Shown: positions 1 through 9,341, counted from the stretch's first letter. The stretch: 64,000 nt of DNA from Promethearchaeota archaeon (GCA_048938005.1 JBHLMQ010000003.1:1-64000); one strand, 5' to 3'. The notes: a model not told the origin generated them from the sequence alone. Numbers and translations: made by a program.

Positions 1-411
1 CACTCCTTTAAGAAAAGCTATATAAGCCTCTCTTTGCTTGTAGTCTGTTGGTAATTCTTGGGTTAAGGTTTTTAGCATTTCTTCTCCTTGTGTAATTATA
101 TCAGAAGCTTCATCTGTTCTATGAAGAAATGTTAAAGAATCAGCCATTATTAGTAAGATATCAACTGTAAGAAGGTTTTTTCCTAATCCCAAGCTCTCTT
201 TATATGTTTGTTCGGCAAGCTTGACAACATCATTATATAAACTTCTCCAAAATAAGAGCTCACACTTGAGGAGATTACATAAAACTATATCATGAAGAAC
301 GTGTCCTCCCTTTTCCTCGAAACTCTTAAGTATTTGGTCAGCTCCATTAAACTTACATTCATCAATAAGTTTTTTTGCTTGAGTTAGCTCCTCAGATTCT
401 AAGTGGGACAT
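1..411 (-). CDS. Helical/TPR-like protein, N-terminal part (runs off window start)
   Basis: Not in ORF track. ATG at 411-409, open to position 1: MSHLESEELTQAKKLIDECKFNGADQILKSFEEKGG...; amphipathic helical pattern like Lokiarchaeal TPR proteins. Confidence 0.65.
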   Translation of the reverse strand, partial: MSHLESEELTQAKKLIDECKFNGADQILKSFEEKGGHVLHDIVLCNLLKCELLFWRSLYNDVVKLAEQTYKESLGLGKNLLTVDILLIMADSLTFLHRTDEASDIITQGEEMLKTLTQELPTDYKQREAYIAFLKGV

Positions 412-493
412 TTAAAACCGTTTTTAGAAAAATTTGGATTATAATTTTTCAGATACAATTTGTATATAAAGAAAATTTCCATTTTAAATGTAA

Positions 494-815
494 TTAAATT
501 ATCGATAAAAACTTGAATCTACGCATTAAGAGGAACACTGTTATCAATAAAGATTTTTTTATCAATGGTTCAAGCGAATGGATATACTCTATTTGAATTT
601 CCTTATTCAGGCAGTAAGAATCCCTAAAAGTCTGCAAGGCATCTATATCTTTCTGTAATTCCTCAATGAAAAATCTAATCCTTTGCTGAGAAGAATAAGA
701 TTGCCCCTTGAATACATAACACATAACGAAAGGTTGCCAAGCTTCGTTCATAAAAGGGTATACTTCTGGTAGCCTCTCCTTTAATAAGATAGAAATTTCT
801 TTTAAAACTTTCTTT
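494..815 (-). pseudogene. Probable 5'-truncated gene remnant, function unknown
   Basis: 85-aa ORF whose frame stays open about 20 codons upstream of its ATG (KKVLKEISILLKERLPEVYPF-M) up to a TAA; no family motif recognised. Confidence 0.3.
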
Positions 816-1024
816 TAAATTCGAACTTCGTGAAAAGTTCATGTAATAGAACTATATAAATACTCAATGTACAACTTCTTATTGATCATCATTTCGATGG
901 TCCTAAAGAAATTTAACAAAAAGTGAAAAAAAATGAAAAAATCAATAAAAAATTTAATTGTACTAGCCACCGTAGGATGGGCAATATTATCATATTTTAA
1001 AAAAATAAAAGAGGTTAAACTAAA

Positions 1025-2125
1025 ATGAAATCAAATGCAAAAATAAAGATTGTAATTTTAATAGCTCTAGGACTTGTTTTCGCTTTATCAACTATATTTA
1101 CCAGCAATCTCAATTTTAATACAGCGAATAGTAATAAAATTACGGAATATAGCGATGATATTAACGCAATAAACGAAGATTTGAAAATCTCAAAAATATC
1201 TGGAAGAATTCATATTAAGAAGAATTGGACTGATGCTAAGGCTGCGGGAATATGTACGGGGGATGGCACTTATTCCGCTCCTTATATCATAGAAAATTTG
1301 GAAATAGATGGTGAAAAATCGGGACCTTGCATATGGATTGAAAATTCCATCGTCTATTTTATTATCAAAAATTGCACAGCTTACAATTCGGGAACTGGTT
1401 ATATGTATCAGTCGGGAATCAGATTGAATAATGTTACCAATGGACAATTAATCAATAATAATTGTTCCCTTGACGATCAAGGGATACTTTTATGGGACTG
1501 TAGTAATATTACCATCTCTGGAAATACTTTAAATAATAACTTAGTTAAGGGGATTTATCTTTATTTATCCAATAATAACATCATTTCAGGAAATACCGCA
1601 AATAATAATGATGTGGATGGGATACAAATATCTCTTTCATATAATAACATCATTTCGGGAAATACCGCAAATAACAACTATTTAAATGGGATTAATTTAT
1701 ATATAGATTCTTATAACAACACGGTTTCGGGAAATACCGCAAATAACAATAATGATCATGGGATACTCCTACTTCAAGTTTATAAGAACATCATTTCAGG
1801 AAATACCGCAAATAACAATGGTAAGAATGGTATGCATTTATATTGGAGTAATAATAACACGATTTCGGGAAACACCGCAAATTACAATCAATATGGTATT
1901 TATTTAGAAAGAAGTAATTACACTATGGTTTCGGGAAATCAATTTAGTGGGAATGATAAATGTTGGGTGGAACTTAATTGTAAAGATAATGTTTTCGAAG
2001 ATAACAATTGTGTTGCTGGGAACCCAGCAGTTCCTGGATATGGAATTTTCTTTCTAATTGGGATAATTAGCATAACATCAATAATTTTAATTTTACTTAA
2101 GAGACGTATACAATCCAAATCATAA
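1025..2125 (+). CDS. Surface parallel beta-helix (NosD/CASH-like) protein with C-terminal PGY-TM-basic sorting signal
   Basis: N-terminal signal/TM; GxGTxxxPYIIEN motif; repeated NNxISGNTANNN units; ends VPGYGIFFLIGIISITSIILILLKRR. Confidence 0.85.
   Translation: MKSNAKIKIVILIALGLVFALSTIFTSNLNFNTANSNKITEYSDDINAINEDLKISKISGRIHIKKNWTDAKAAGICTGDGTYSAPYIIENLEIDGEKSGPCIWIENSIVYFIIKNCTAYNSGTGYMYQSGIRLNNVTNGQLINNNCSLDDQGILLWDCSNITISGNTLNNNLVKGIYLYLSNNNIISGNTANNNDVDGIQISLSYNNIISGNTANNNYLNGINLYIDSYNNTVSGNTANNNNDHGILLLQVYKNIISGNTANNNGKNGMHLYWSNNNTISGNTANYNQYGIYLERSNYTMVSGNQFSGNDKCWVELNCKDNVFEDNNCVAGNPAVPGYGIFFLIGIISITSIILILLKRRIQSKS
1505..1940 (+). repeat. Intragenic coding repeats (about 66-69 bp period) encoding beta-helix turns
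   Basis: Recurring aacatcatttc(a/g)ggaaataccgcaaataa-like units in frame within the beta-helix gene. Confidence 0.8.
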
Positions 2126-2208
2126 AAGTTAAAATTTTGAAAATTTCCTATTTTTTTTTTTTATTTTTATAATTTGCTTAGAACTTCAAATTAATAAGAA
2201 TTATTTTC

Positions 2209-2391
2209 CTATAGTCTTATTTCTTTTTTGAGAAATGATTCTAATTTAGCATTACAAGCTATAAATGGAAATCTTACATCAATTGATAATGCTTGGTCAA
2301 TATCAGTTCCATCTAAAGAAAAAATTTTACCACCCGCTTCTTTTAAAATCAACATTCCTGCAGCAACATCTACTAATCGATTGCTTTTCAT
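2209..2391 (-). pseudogene. C-terminal fragment of inositol monophosphatase/FBPase-family gene
   Basis: RLVDVAAGMLILKEAGGKI matches the IMPase C-terminal DxAAGxxIxxEAGG motif; N-terminal catalytic region absent. Confidence 0.7.
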
Positions 2392-2521
2392 TTATGGAGT
2401 ATAAAAGATTAACTCCATGTATGACCTATATTAATGGTTTTTCTATAATATTTTTATTTTCTATAAAAAGTCATTAGCATGATATTTTAGTAAGGCAAAT
2501 TTTAAGCATTTAAAGAAGATC

Positions 2522-3412
2522 TCATTTTATAACATAAACTAGTTTTTGACCTTCTTCTTCTTCTAGATTCAACTCTCGTCTGATAGCATTTCTGATTAAA
2601 TATCCTCCAATATGAAGTATCGAATCTTTTAGTATCGAATCTTGATCCATCGAGGCATTACAGGGGTATGCATGATGAGCCTTACTTATTCTTTCGTTTA
2701 AAGAAAGGTCTCCACTTTTTCCATTCTTAAAATACTTTGATTTCAATTGTTGGCAAATATAATAACTACTTCCACATGGAGCACTTTGAAGGACACAAGT
2801 ATCCTCAATTGATTCCCCATCATTACTCAATAGAAATGAGACAATCGGTTCTCCAATTTTAAAGTAATCTATAAATTCATCAATAAAATCATGTTTTTCT
2901 GTTAAATGAAAGCCAACTTTGTTATATTCATTTAACTCTTTACTTAAGGAGCAGAAAGGTTTGGGAAAAGCTGCTTGAATACCATATTTTTCTAATTCTT
3001 CTAAAACTTGGACTTGAAGTCCAGCCGGCACCCATTTAGGATCCTCGACTGGTACAATTACAGCCTTAACTCCACTATCTTTTAGATAATAAGGAAGACC
3101 AGAGAGTAAATCTTGGTGAATTCCTACAACCATTAAAAAATCAACTGGAGGGAGATTTTTAGGAAGATATTCTTCTGGTTCTTCAATAAATTCAGGAACA
3201 TTTTCTCCTATTTTCTCATAATAATAAATTGAACTAGCAAAACTCTTGACATACTCACGACATTTATCACATTTTACATTCTGTTCCAATACTTCACATG
3301 CTTTACAGAATTCTTCATTATTAATGAGATTGCCAACGAATTTTTGAGTTAACATCTCTATTTCTGGTCCAATGCCATAGAGAATTCCTAATTTATATGA
3401 TTTCTCGTTCAA
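2522..3412 (-). CDS. DUF166-family archaeal protein
   Basis: FPKPFCSL, SAPCGSS, HHAYPCNASM and ILHIGGY motifs; TTG start. Confidence 0.7.
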   Translation of the reverse strand: MNEKSYKLGILYGIGPEIEMLTQKFVGNLINNEEFCKACEVLEQNVKCDKCREYVKSFASSIYYYEKIGENVPEFIEEPEEYLPKNLPPVDFLMVVGIHQDLLSGLPYYLKDSGVKAVIVPVEDPKWVPAGLQVQVLEELEKYGIQAAFPKPFCSLSKELNEYNKVGFHLTEKHDFIDEFIDYFKIGEPIVSFLLSNDGESIEDTCVLQSAPCGSSYYICQQLKSKYFKNGKSGDLSLNERISKAHHAYPCNASMDQDSILKDSILHIGGYLIRNAIRRELNLEEEEGQKLVYVIK

Positions 3413-3540
3413 CGTTAATATGAAATAATTTATAGGTTTTATTTGTATTTTTAATACTCTATAAAAAATATATTACTTTAGCTGAACATGTTCAATTTTG
3501 ATTAACTCTAGGTTAAAATCAAATTTACAAAGATTTTAAC

Positions 3541-3996
3541 TTATTCCTCAAAGACAGCCATAGTACTTTTACTTTCTCCCACTCTTACTAAAATCTTTTT
3601 ATCTTTATACATTTCTTTTAATTTATTGTGAATATATTTTGCTAATAGTTCGCTTGTAGTAGCTGGTAATGGTATAAAGAAAACATCTTCTCTAGGGAAC
3701 ACATACCGTTTGTTAGATGCAATAACTTCTATGGAATCTTTCTCCTCTCTTATTTCGAGTTCATCTGATTTTGTCGGGATTAGAACATAATGATCCATAG
3801 GTTTAATTATAGACATTAATTTATTCTTTAAGTCAGTAAAATCTACAACAAAATGGTTATTATCAAGATCATTACTTACTTCAACAGAAACGTAATAATT
3901 GTGGCCATGTAGCCTTGTACATTGAAGAGGCTTTTTTAGGAAGTGACTTGCACTAAATTTAGCATCTGTTGATTGTACGCTTACTTTAAATCCCAT
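3541..3996 (-). CDS. queD: 6-carboxytetrahydropterin synthase / PTPS family
   Basis: FSASHF, CxRLHGHNY, VVDF..K, MDH, TSELLA, VGES motifs. Confidence 0.85.
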   Translation of the reverse strand: MGFKVSVQSTDAKFSASHFLKKPLQCTRLHGHNYYVSVEVSNDLDNNHFVVDFTDLKNKLMSIIKPMDHYVLIPTKSDELEIREEKDSIEVIASNKRYVFPREDVFFIPLPATTSELLAKYIHNKLKEMYKDKKILVRVGESKSTMAVFEE

Positions 3997-4175
3997 AATT
4001 AGATTGCCCTTTTTATCAAAGTTTTGCGTTCACTATTTTTGTATAGTAGAAGCTCTTTGAGATTTTTATATTTTATGTTTAAAAACAATAAATATGAAAG
4101 TACTTTTCTTTAGAATAAAACATACTAAATCAATAGGATAATTAAATAATAAATATTCAATATTTTAAAATAGAT

Positions 4176-5786
4176 ATGAGTTTTACCTTTTACAATAAAT
4201 TTAAAGATGCTCATATGATGGAATACAAGAAATTAGCTATTACGGGAGCCAATGGATATTTAGGAAAACATACAATAACGGCAGCGATTCAAAAAGGATG
4301 GCAAGTGGTTGGTATAGTACGACGAGAGGATGCTGCTGAAGAGGTGGAATCTCTTGGTATAAAAGTTGTAATTATTAAAGATTTCACTCTCGATTCTTTA
4401 AAAAAGTCTTTTGCTGGTTGTAAAGCGGTTTTACATTTCAGAGGAGTTGTATGTGGCTCTGAAGAACTTTTCGAAAAGATTAATGTTGATGGAATGCGAG
4501 TTTTAGTTGAAGCTGCTTTTGATGCTAAAGTATCTCGAATAATCTTTCCTTCAGGTTTAGGAGTTGATAGGTACGGAATAGAAGAATGGGCTAATGATGC
4601 ATATTTCTATTCAAAGAATAGAGCTGAACAAATACTAAAAAATGGAAAAGTCCCTTATATAATATTTAGACCCTCTTATATTTTAGGTCCGAATGATGAA
4701 TTAATCCCAGAAATGATAAACCAAATTGGAAATGGGAATGTTCAAGTTATTGGAAATGGTAAAATTCCTATGCAACCTATTTATGTTAAGGATGCAGTGG
4801 AAGCTTTTTTAGCTGCTGCTGATGGTGTAGGAAAAATTAATCAAATTTATGATCTCGTCGGTCCAAAAATTACAAATATGCTTGAATTAATTGAAATGGT
4901 TGTTCAGAATATGATTAATTTAGGCTTTAATATCCCTTATCCTCGAATCAATAATATAAGATTTGAAGATGCTCCAAAACAATTTGAGATATGCAAAGAA
5001 ATGGTTGATGTATTGAGATGTGATATTACTTCAAATGGTAATATTGCTGCTGGAGCATTAGGTTATAAATTATCAGATGTGAATGAAGCCATAAAAGCAG
5101 CAATAATAGCAAAAATGTTTCCCAAAACAAAAGAAAGAGGAGAAAGTGCTATTGTTTTATTATCTGGTGGGATTGACTCTGCTGTTGCTCTCTATTGGGC
5201 AAATAACAAGGGGTATAATATAATCGCTATTTCATTTAATTATGAATTCCGACCAGAAAATGAGAAAAAAGCAGCTGTAAAACTAGCTGAAAGCCTAGAT
5301 ATTAATATAATTGAAATTGATATCCCTTTTATAAAAGAATCAATAGATTTACGCATTGAAGGACTTCCTATGCCAAGTGCAGTTCATGCTCCTGAAGGAT
5401 TTATACCATCACGTAACCTTATTTTCTATTCTATTGCTTCATATTTTGCTGAAGTTTATGGTTGTAATGTTATAATAGGTGGACATATAGCCGCTGATCC
5501 TAAAAAATTTCCGGATGCTGCTCCAAGCTTTCTCAAATCATTAGAAAAATTGATCAATAAAGGGAAGCACAGTAATGATAAAACAACAATAAAACTTGTA
5601 CTACCACTAGCAAAGATGACAAAATTAGATGTAATAAAATTAGCTAACAAATTAAATGTTCCTTTAAAATGGACATGGAGTTGTTATAGTGATGGAGAAC
5701 AACCATGTGGAAAATGTACTTCCTGTCGTAAAAGAAAACAAGCTTTTCTAGATTTAAATTATCCGGATCAAAAATTTTCCTTATAA
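4176..5786 (+). CDS. queC: Fusion of NAD(P)-dependent atypical SDR/epimerase domain and 7-cyano-7-deazaguanine synthase
   Basis: N-part ITGANGYLG, YFYSK, RPSYILG, QPIYVKD; C-part LLSGGIDS, FIPSRNLIF, TWSCY-x5-PCGKCTSC; true start may be ATG at about 4215. Confidence 0.85.
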   Translation: MSFTFYNKFKDAHMMEYKKLAITGANGYLGKHTITAAIQKGWQVVGIVRREDAAEEVESLGIKVVIIKDFTLDSLKKSFAGCKAVLHFRGVVCGSEELFEKINVDGMRVLVEAAFDAKVSRIIFPSGLGVDRYGIEEWANDAYFYSKNRAEQILKNGKVPYIIFRPSYILGPNDELIPEMINQIGNGNVQVIGNGKIPMQPIYVKDAVEAFLAAADGVGKINQIYDLVGPKITNMLELIEMVVQNMINLGFNIPYPRINNIRFEDAPKQFEICKEMVDVLRCDITSNGNIAAGALGYKLSDVNEAIKAAIIAKMFPKTKERGESAIVLLSGGIDSAVALYWANNKGYNIIAISFNYEFRPENEKKAAVKLAESLDINIIEIDIPFIKESIDLRIEGLPMPSAVHAPEGFIPSRNLIFYSIASYFAEVYGCNVIIGGHIAADPKKFPDAAPSFLKSLEKLINKGKHSNDKTTIKLVLPLAKMTKLDVIKLANKLNVPLKWTWSCYSDGEQPCGKCTSCRKRKQAFLDLNYPDQKFSL

Positions 5787-5928
5787 TAAGTATAATTTAA
5801 AATGTTTTATTTAAAATATTCCTAATGATCAATTGTTCTATAACTTTAAAATGAAGGAAAGTTATTAAAACCAGAATAAATATCATATAAATATAAATCT
5901 TAAAAAAATTGAAAAATAATAGAATCAT

Positions 5929-6585
5929 ATGATTAACACTAAGGATTTACCTGTCGAGGAAACTTACCAAGACATCACGGTAATATGTCCAAGTTGTAAA
6001 ACTAGAAAAGCTTTGAAAATTCCGGTAAAGATAATCAATCAGGCTAAGCAATTAACAACTGTATCTGTTCCCTCGGGAGCAGTATGTGATCACGGTTTTC
6101 AGGCTTTTGTAGACAAAGATTTTAAAGTTCGTGGATACCAAAGGGTTGATTTTGAATTCTCTCACATGGAATTTTATGAAAGTAGTAGTGCTGAAATGGC
6201 TGAACCAGATAATCAAACAGCCAGCCTCAGTTCACAACCATTATTCCAAGATATTATCAATCTATTACGAAGTTATGTTGATGATAAAGAAATCCTCGGA
6301 AGTGGGATGTTTTCTGAGGACGGACATGTAATTTACTCCTCTCTCCCTAATCTCACATTGTTTTCTATAATAAAGGAATTCGAAGTGAGACGTGAGAAGA
6401 GATTAAATCGCCTAAAGAAAATGTACCTCGAACTAGACAATAATCAAAAAATATGCTCTAATTATATTGAAATTCAAGGCTTGAGATTTGCCTTAGTCTT
6501 ATTCTTCTCCAAACTAGTCAAATTGGGCATGAGTAATCTCTATTTGAATGATTTAGTAAAGAAGATAAGGAAATTGGAAAGTTAG
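5929..6585 (+). CDS. Zn-binding (CPxC...CxH) domain plus roadblock/longin-like domain protein
   Basis: CPSC...VCDHGFQAFVDKDFKVRGYQ; C-part ILGSGMFSEDGHVIYSSLP resembles roadblock/profilin-like fold. Confidence 0.55.
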   Translation: MINTKDLPVEETYQDITVICPSCKTRKALKIPVKIINQAKQLTTVSVPSGAVCDHGFQAFVDKDFKVRGYQRVDFEFSHMEFYESSSAEMAEPDNQTASLSSQPLFQDIINLLRSYVDDKEILGSGMFSEDGHVIYSSLPNLTLFSIIKEFEVRREKRLNRLKKMYLELDNNQKICSNYIEIQGLRFALVLFFSKLVKLGMSNLYLNDLVKKIRKLES

Positions 6586-6736
6586 ATTATTTAGATATTG
6601 ATTTTTTTCTAATTTTCTCAACTTTATTCGTTCGAAAATTCTATGTTCCTTTAGATAACTATTTATAAATAGTTATAAATATGGCTATAATTATGTGCTT
6701 TATAAGAGCATAAATTTAAACATTTAATACTAAAAA

Positions 6737-7573
6737 ATGGATCTTCAGAAAATAAAAAGTAGGATGGTCAGAGATTTAAAAGAACAAGTTCCTGAACTCA
6801 GCCAAGACAATTTAATAATGATTGATTTACCAAGTAAGAAAAATTCTATAATTAATATAGTGTTTGATAAAAAGCCCACTAAATTACCAAAAGAAATAAT
6901 AGTTAAAATTTTTCGAACAAAAAATATTGCTAATGAGATAAATATCCTCACCAGATTGAAAAATCAAAAATTTCATGTTCCAAGTGTTTTATTTTTTCGA
7001 AAACCTTATTTAATCTTGGAAAAAGTTAATGGTACTAATTTGTGTGATTATATTAATGAAAAATTGAAAGGAACACAAAATTTAGATGATTTGGATTCTA
7101 ATGTAAGAGGGCAAATTATTAATAGCATGGAGAAACTTGCTGAATTTCTTGCTCAAATACATGAAAAAAACTTTGTTAGAAAGAGATATAAAATAAAAAA
7201 GAAATATGTGCTCTGTAAAGGGGATACAAGATTAAGAGATTTCATTTATAATGATGCGAATGACATTTTATATGCAGTAGATTTTGAAGATGCTTATGAA
7301 GGGAATCATATGGACGATTTGGCATGGATCTGTACGTCTCTTCTTGATACGGATCCAGGGCTCTTTGAAATGGAGGAACCGAAACATAAAACGGAACTAA
7401 TAAATGTTTTCCTAAGAAAATATTATCAAACTAACCCAAAATTTCCATTTAATTTTAATTATTTGGCAGAAAAAATAATAGAGTATTTAAATATTGTCAT
7501 AGAAAGAAGAAACCTTCCATATGGTACTGTTAGTAAAGATAAATTTATTGAAGATATTTCCAAAGAAATTTAA
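6737..7573 (+). CDS. Protein-kinase-like phosphotransferase (APH/Kdo/Bud32-like fold)
   Basis: IVKIF (beta3 Lys), NE (helix C), LILEKV, KGDTRLRDF catalytic loop, VDFE, DDLA. Confidence 0.7.
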   Translation: MDLQKIKSRMVRDLKEQVPELSQDNLIMIDLPSKKNSIINIVFDKKPTKLPKEIIVKIFRTKNIANEINILTRLKNQKFHVPSVLFFRKPYLILEKVNGTNLCDYINEKLKGTQNLDDLDSNVRGQIINSMEKLAEFLAQIHEKNFVRKRYKIKKKYVLCKGDTRLRDFIYNDANDILYAVDFEDAYEGNHMDDLAWICTSLLDTDPGLFEMEEPKHKTELINVFLRKYYQTNPKFPFNFNYLAEKIIEYLNIVIERRNLPYGTVSKDKFIEDISKEI

Positions 7574-7667
7574 TCTTTTTCTAACTTTCTAAAAATCAAA
7601 ATTTAATAATACTAACACTATTATATTATAAAAATTAAATAAAACTTTTTTTAAAGGAGAATTTAAA

Positions 7668-8414
7668 ATGAGTCTTACTGATACAAAATCATCTTTAAAA
7701 AAAATTCTCTCAATTATAGAAGAGCTTAATGGATTAAATTTAGATTCAATTCCTAAATTACAGGTTCAACCAAATAATCTACTCGAACAGATTGAAAAAT
7801 TTGAACAATCTAAAACCAATGATTTAAGAACTATCGAAGCTAACGATGATGAAATTAATTCATTAAAAAATAAGATTTCTCAAAATCAACGAGATATTAC
7901 CTCATTAGAAGAGAATAATACTGAACTAAATAATCAACGCCAAACTCTGATTGACAAAATCCAAGATGCCCAAAATGAACTAAATGAAACTGAAGCAAAA
8001 ATCACTGCAAGAAGAGAAGAACTCGCAACTCGTAGTAATCGATTACAAGAATTAGAAAATAAGCTTATAGAATTAAAAGAGATTCAAGAGGAATTTGATA
8101 ACAAAATGAAAGAAATGGAAACTCAATTTCAAGAAGAATATCATAAAAAAGAGAATTTTAGTAATTCATACGTTATGCGAACTGCTGCTATGAAGTCTTT
8201 GATTAAAGCTGGTTATATACAGTCTGCTCACTTAAAACTTATACAAGCATTACAACCTAATACTACTCTTGAACTAAAGGCCATTGCCCAAGCTATGGGT
8301 TTAAGAGAAGATGTAGCAAAAAATATACTAACAAAAATGGTTCAGAAAAAGGGACCGATAGATTATGATGAGGCAGCAGGAACAGTAACATTAAAAGGGG
8401 AGGTTGATTTCTAA
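7668..8414 (+). CDS. Coiled-coil protein with C-terminal winged helix (A)
   Basis: Long heptad-rich E/Q/K/L/N stretch; C-terminus LKAIAQAMGLREDVAKNILTKMVQKKGPIDYDEAAGTVTL. Confidence 0.7.
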   Translation: MSLTDTKSSLKKILSIIEELNGLNLDSIPKLQVQPNNLLEQIEKFEQSKTNDLRTIEANDDEINSLKNKISQNQRDITSLEENNTELNNQRQTLIDKIQDAQNELNETEAKITARREELATRSNRLQELENKLIELKEIQEEFDNKMKEMETQFQEEYHKKENFSNSYVMRTAAMKSLIKAGYIQSAHLKLIQALQPNTTLELKAIAQAMGLREDVAKNILTKMVQKKGPIDYDEAAGTVTLKGEVDF

Positions 8415-9142
8415 TGGGTTCACAAGAAATTTTAGCTTTAATTGAGCAATTTGAAACAGCTTATGACACTTACTGGCAAGTTTTACAAAAACATAATGAA
8501 GAAGTTCTCTCTCAATTAAGAGAAGCATGGCGTTTTATGCAAGTTGAACAAAAAGAAGAAGAAACAATTAAAGACAAACTAACTGCTCAAAATTCAGAAT
8601 TAACAGAATTAAGGACAAAATCTGAAGAATTAGATAGAACTATCGAAGGATTAAAGGCTAAAAAAGATGAATTAACTTCTAAAATTTCAGAATTAATGAA
8701 CAATTTAGAAACCAGCGTCAATGATTTAAAGAAACCAGCTTTTGAACTTACACAGCTTGAGGAAAAGCTCACATCAGTTAATGAAAAAATTACTTCTAAA
8801 GAAAAAGAAAAGACCCTTTTTGATCAAAAAACAGTTGAAAATGAAAATCGAGAAGTAGAGTTAAAAAATACCTACCAGAAAAAGATGGATGAGTTAGAGT
8901 CTAAAATTAATCAAATGAGACAACATAATTTCTTTACATCATTTTTAATCGAAGATTCTTCAGAGGAAATAATAGAAGTGGACATCCTAGCAGTAATTAT
9001 GGATAAGGGAGAAGCAAAGCTAGATGATTTAAAGAAACTGCTTGATGTTCCCCCAATAATGGCAGTTAGAACCATCAAACAGCTCGCTGTTAAGGGAATT
9101 CTTAAACTTGACGAAAATAGTGGAAGAGTAACTCTACCTTAA
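8414..9142 (+). CDS. Coiled-coil protein with C-terminal winged helix (B)
   Basis: TAATG stop/start overlap with A; C-terminus LDDLKKLLDVPPIMAVRTIKQLAVKGILKLDENSGRVTL. Confidence 0.7.
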   Translation: MGSQEILALIEQFETAYDTYWQVLQKHNEEVLSQLREAWRFMQVEQKEEETIKDKLTAQNSELTELRTKSEELDRTIEGLKAKKDELTSKISELMNNLETSVNDLKKPAFELTQLEEKLTSVNEKITSKEKEKTLFDQKTVENENREVELKNTYQKKMDELESKINQMRQHNFFTSFLIEDSSEEIIEVDILAVIMDKGEAKLDDLKKLLDVPPIMAVRTIKQLAVKGILKLDENSGRVTLP

Positions 9143-9227
9143 TGCTTTTTTTATTTTTATTTTTATTTTTCTAATTTTATCATAAAAACTTCAGAGATGA
9201 GTGCTCTAGATATCTTTTATTGTTACA

Positions 9228-9318
9228 TGACCATGAGTCACTTTGTGACCAAAAGTTTAAATATGATCATAATTTATTTATTATTAATGACCCTTGGTCA
9301 CTAAATGAACATAAGTCA
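9228..9318. promoter_or_regulatory. Two tandem pairs of TGAC-N5-GTCA operators around a TATA-like box, upstream of tetR
   Basis: TGACcatgaGTCA 9228, TGACcaaaaGTtt 9246, TGACccttgGTCA 9288, TGAacataaGTCA 9306; 18-bp spacing within pairs, 60 bp between pairs; tttaaata at 9256. Confidence 0.7.
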
Positions 9319-9341
9319 ATAAATTAATATAAGGTAAAATT

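Noticed and set aside
1505-1940. Regularly spaced ~28-bp repeats resembling a CRISPR array
   Set aside because: In frame inside the beta-helix gene, degenerate at codon third positions; no cas genes or leader
7668-9142. SMC/Rad50 annotation for the coiled-coil genes
   Set aside because: No Walker A/B, signature motif or hinge; proteins far too short
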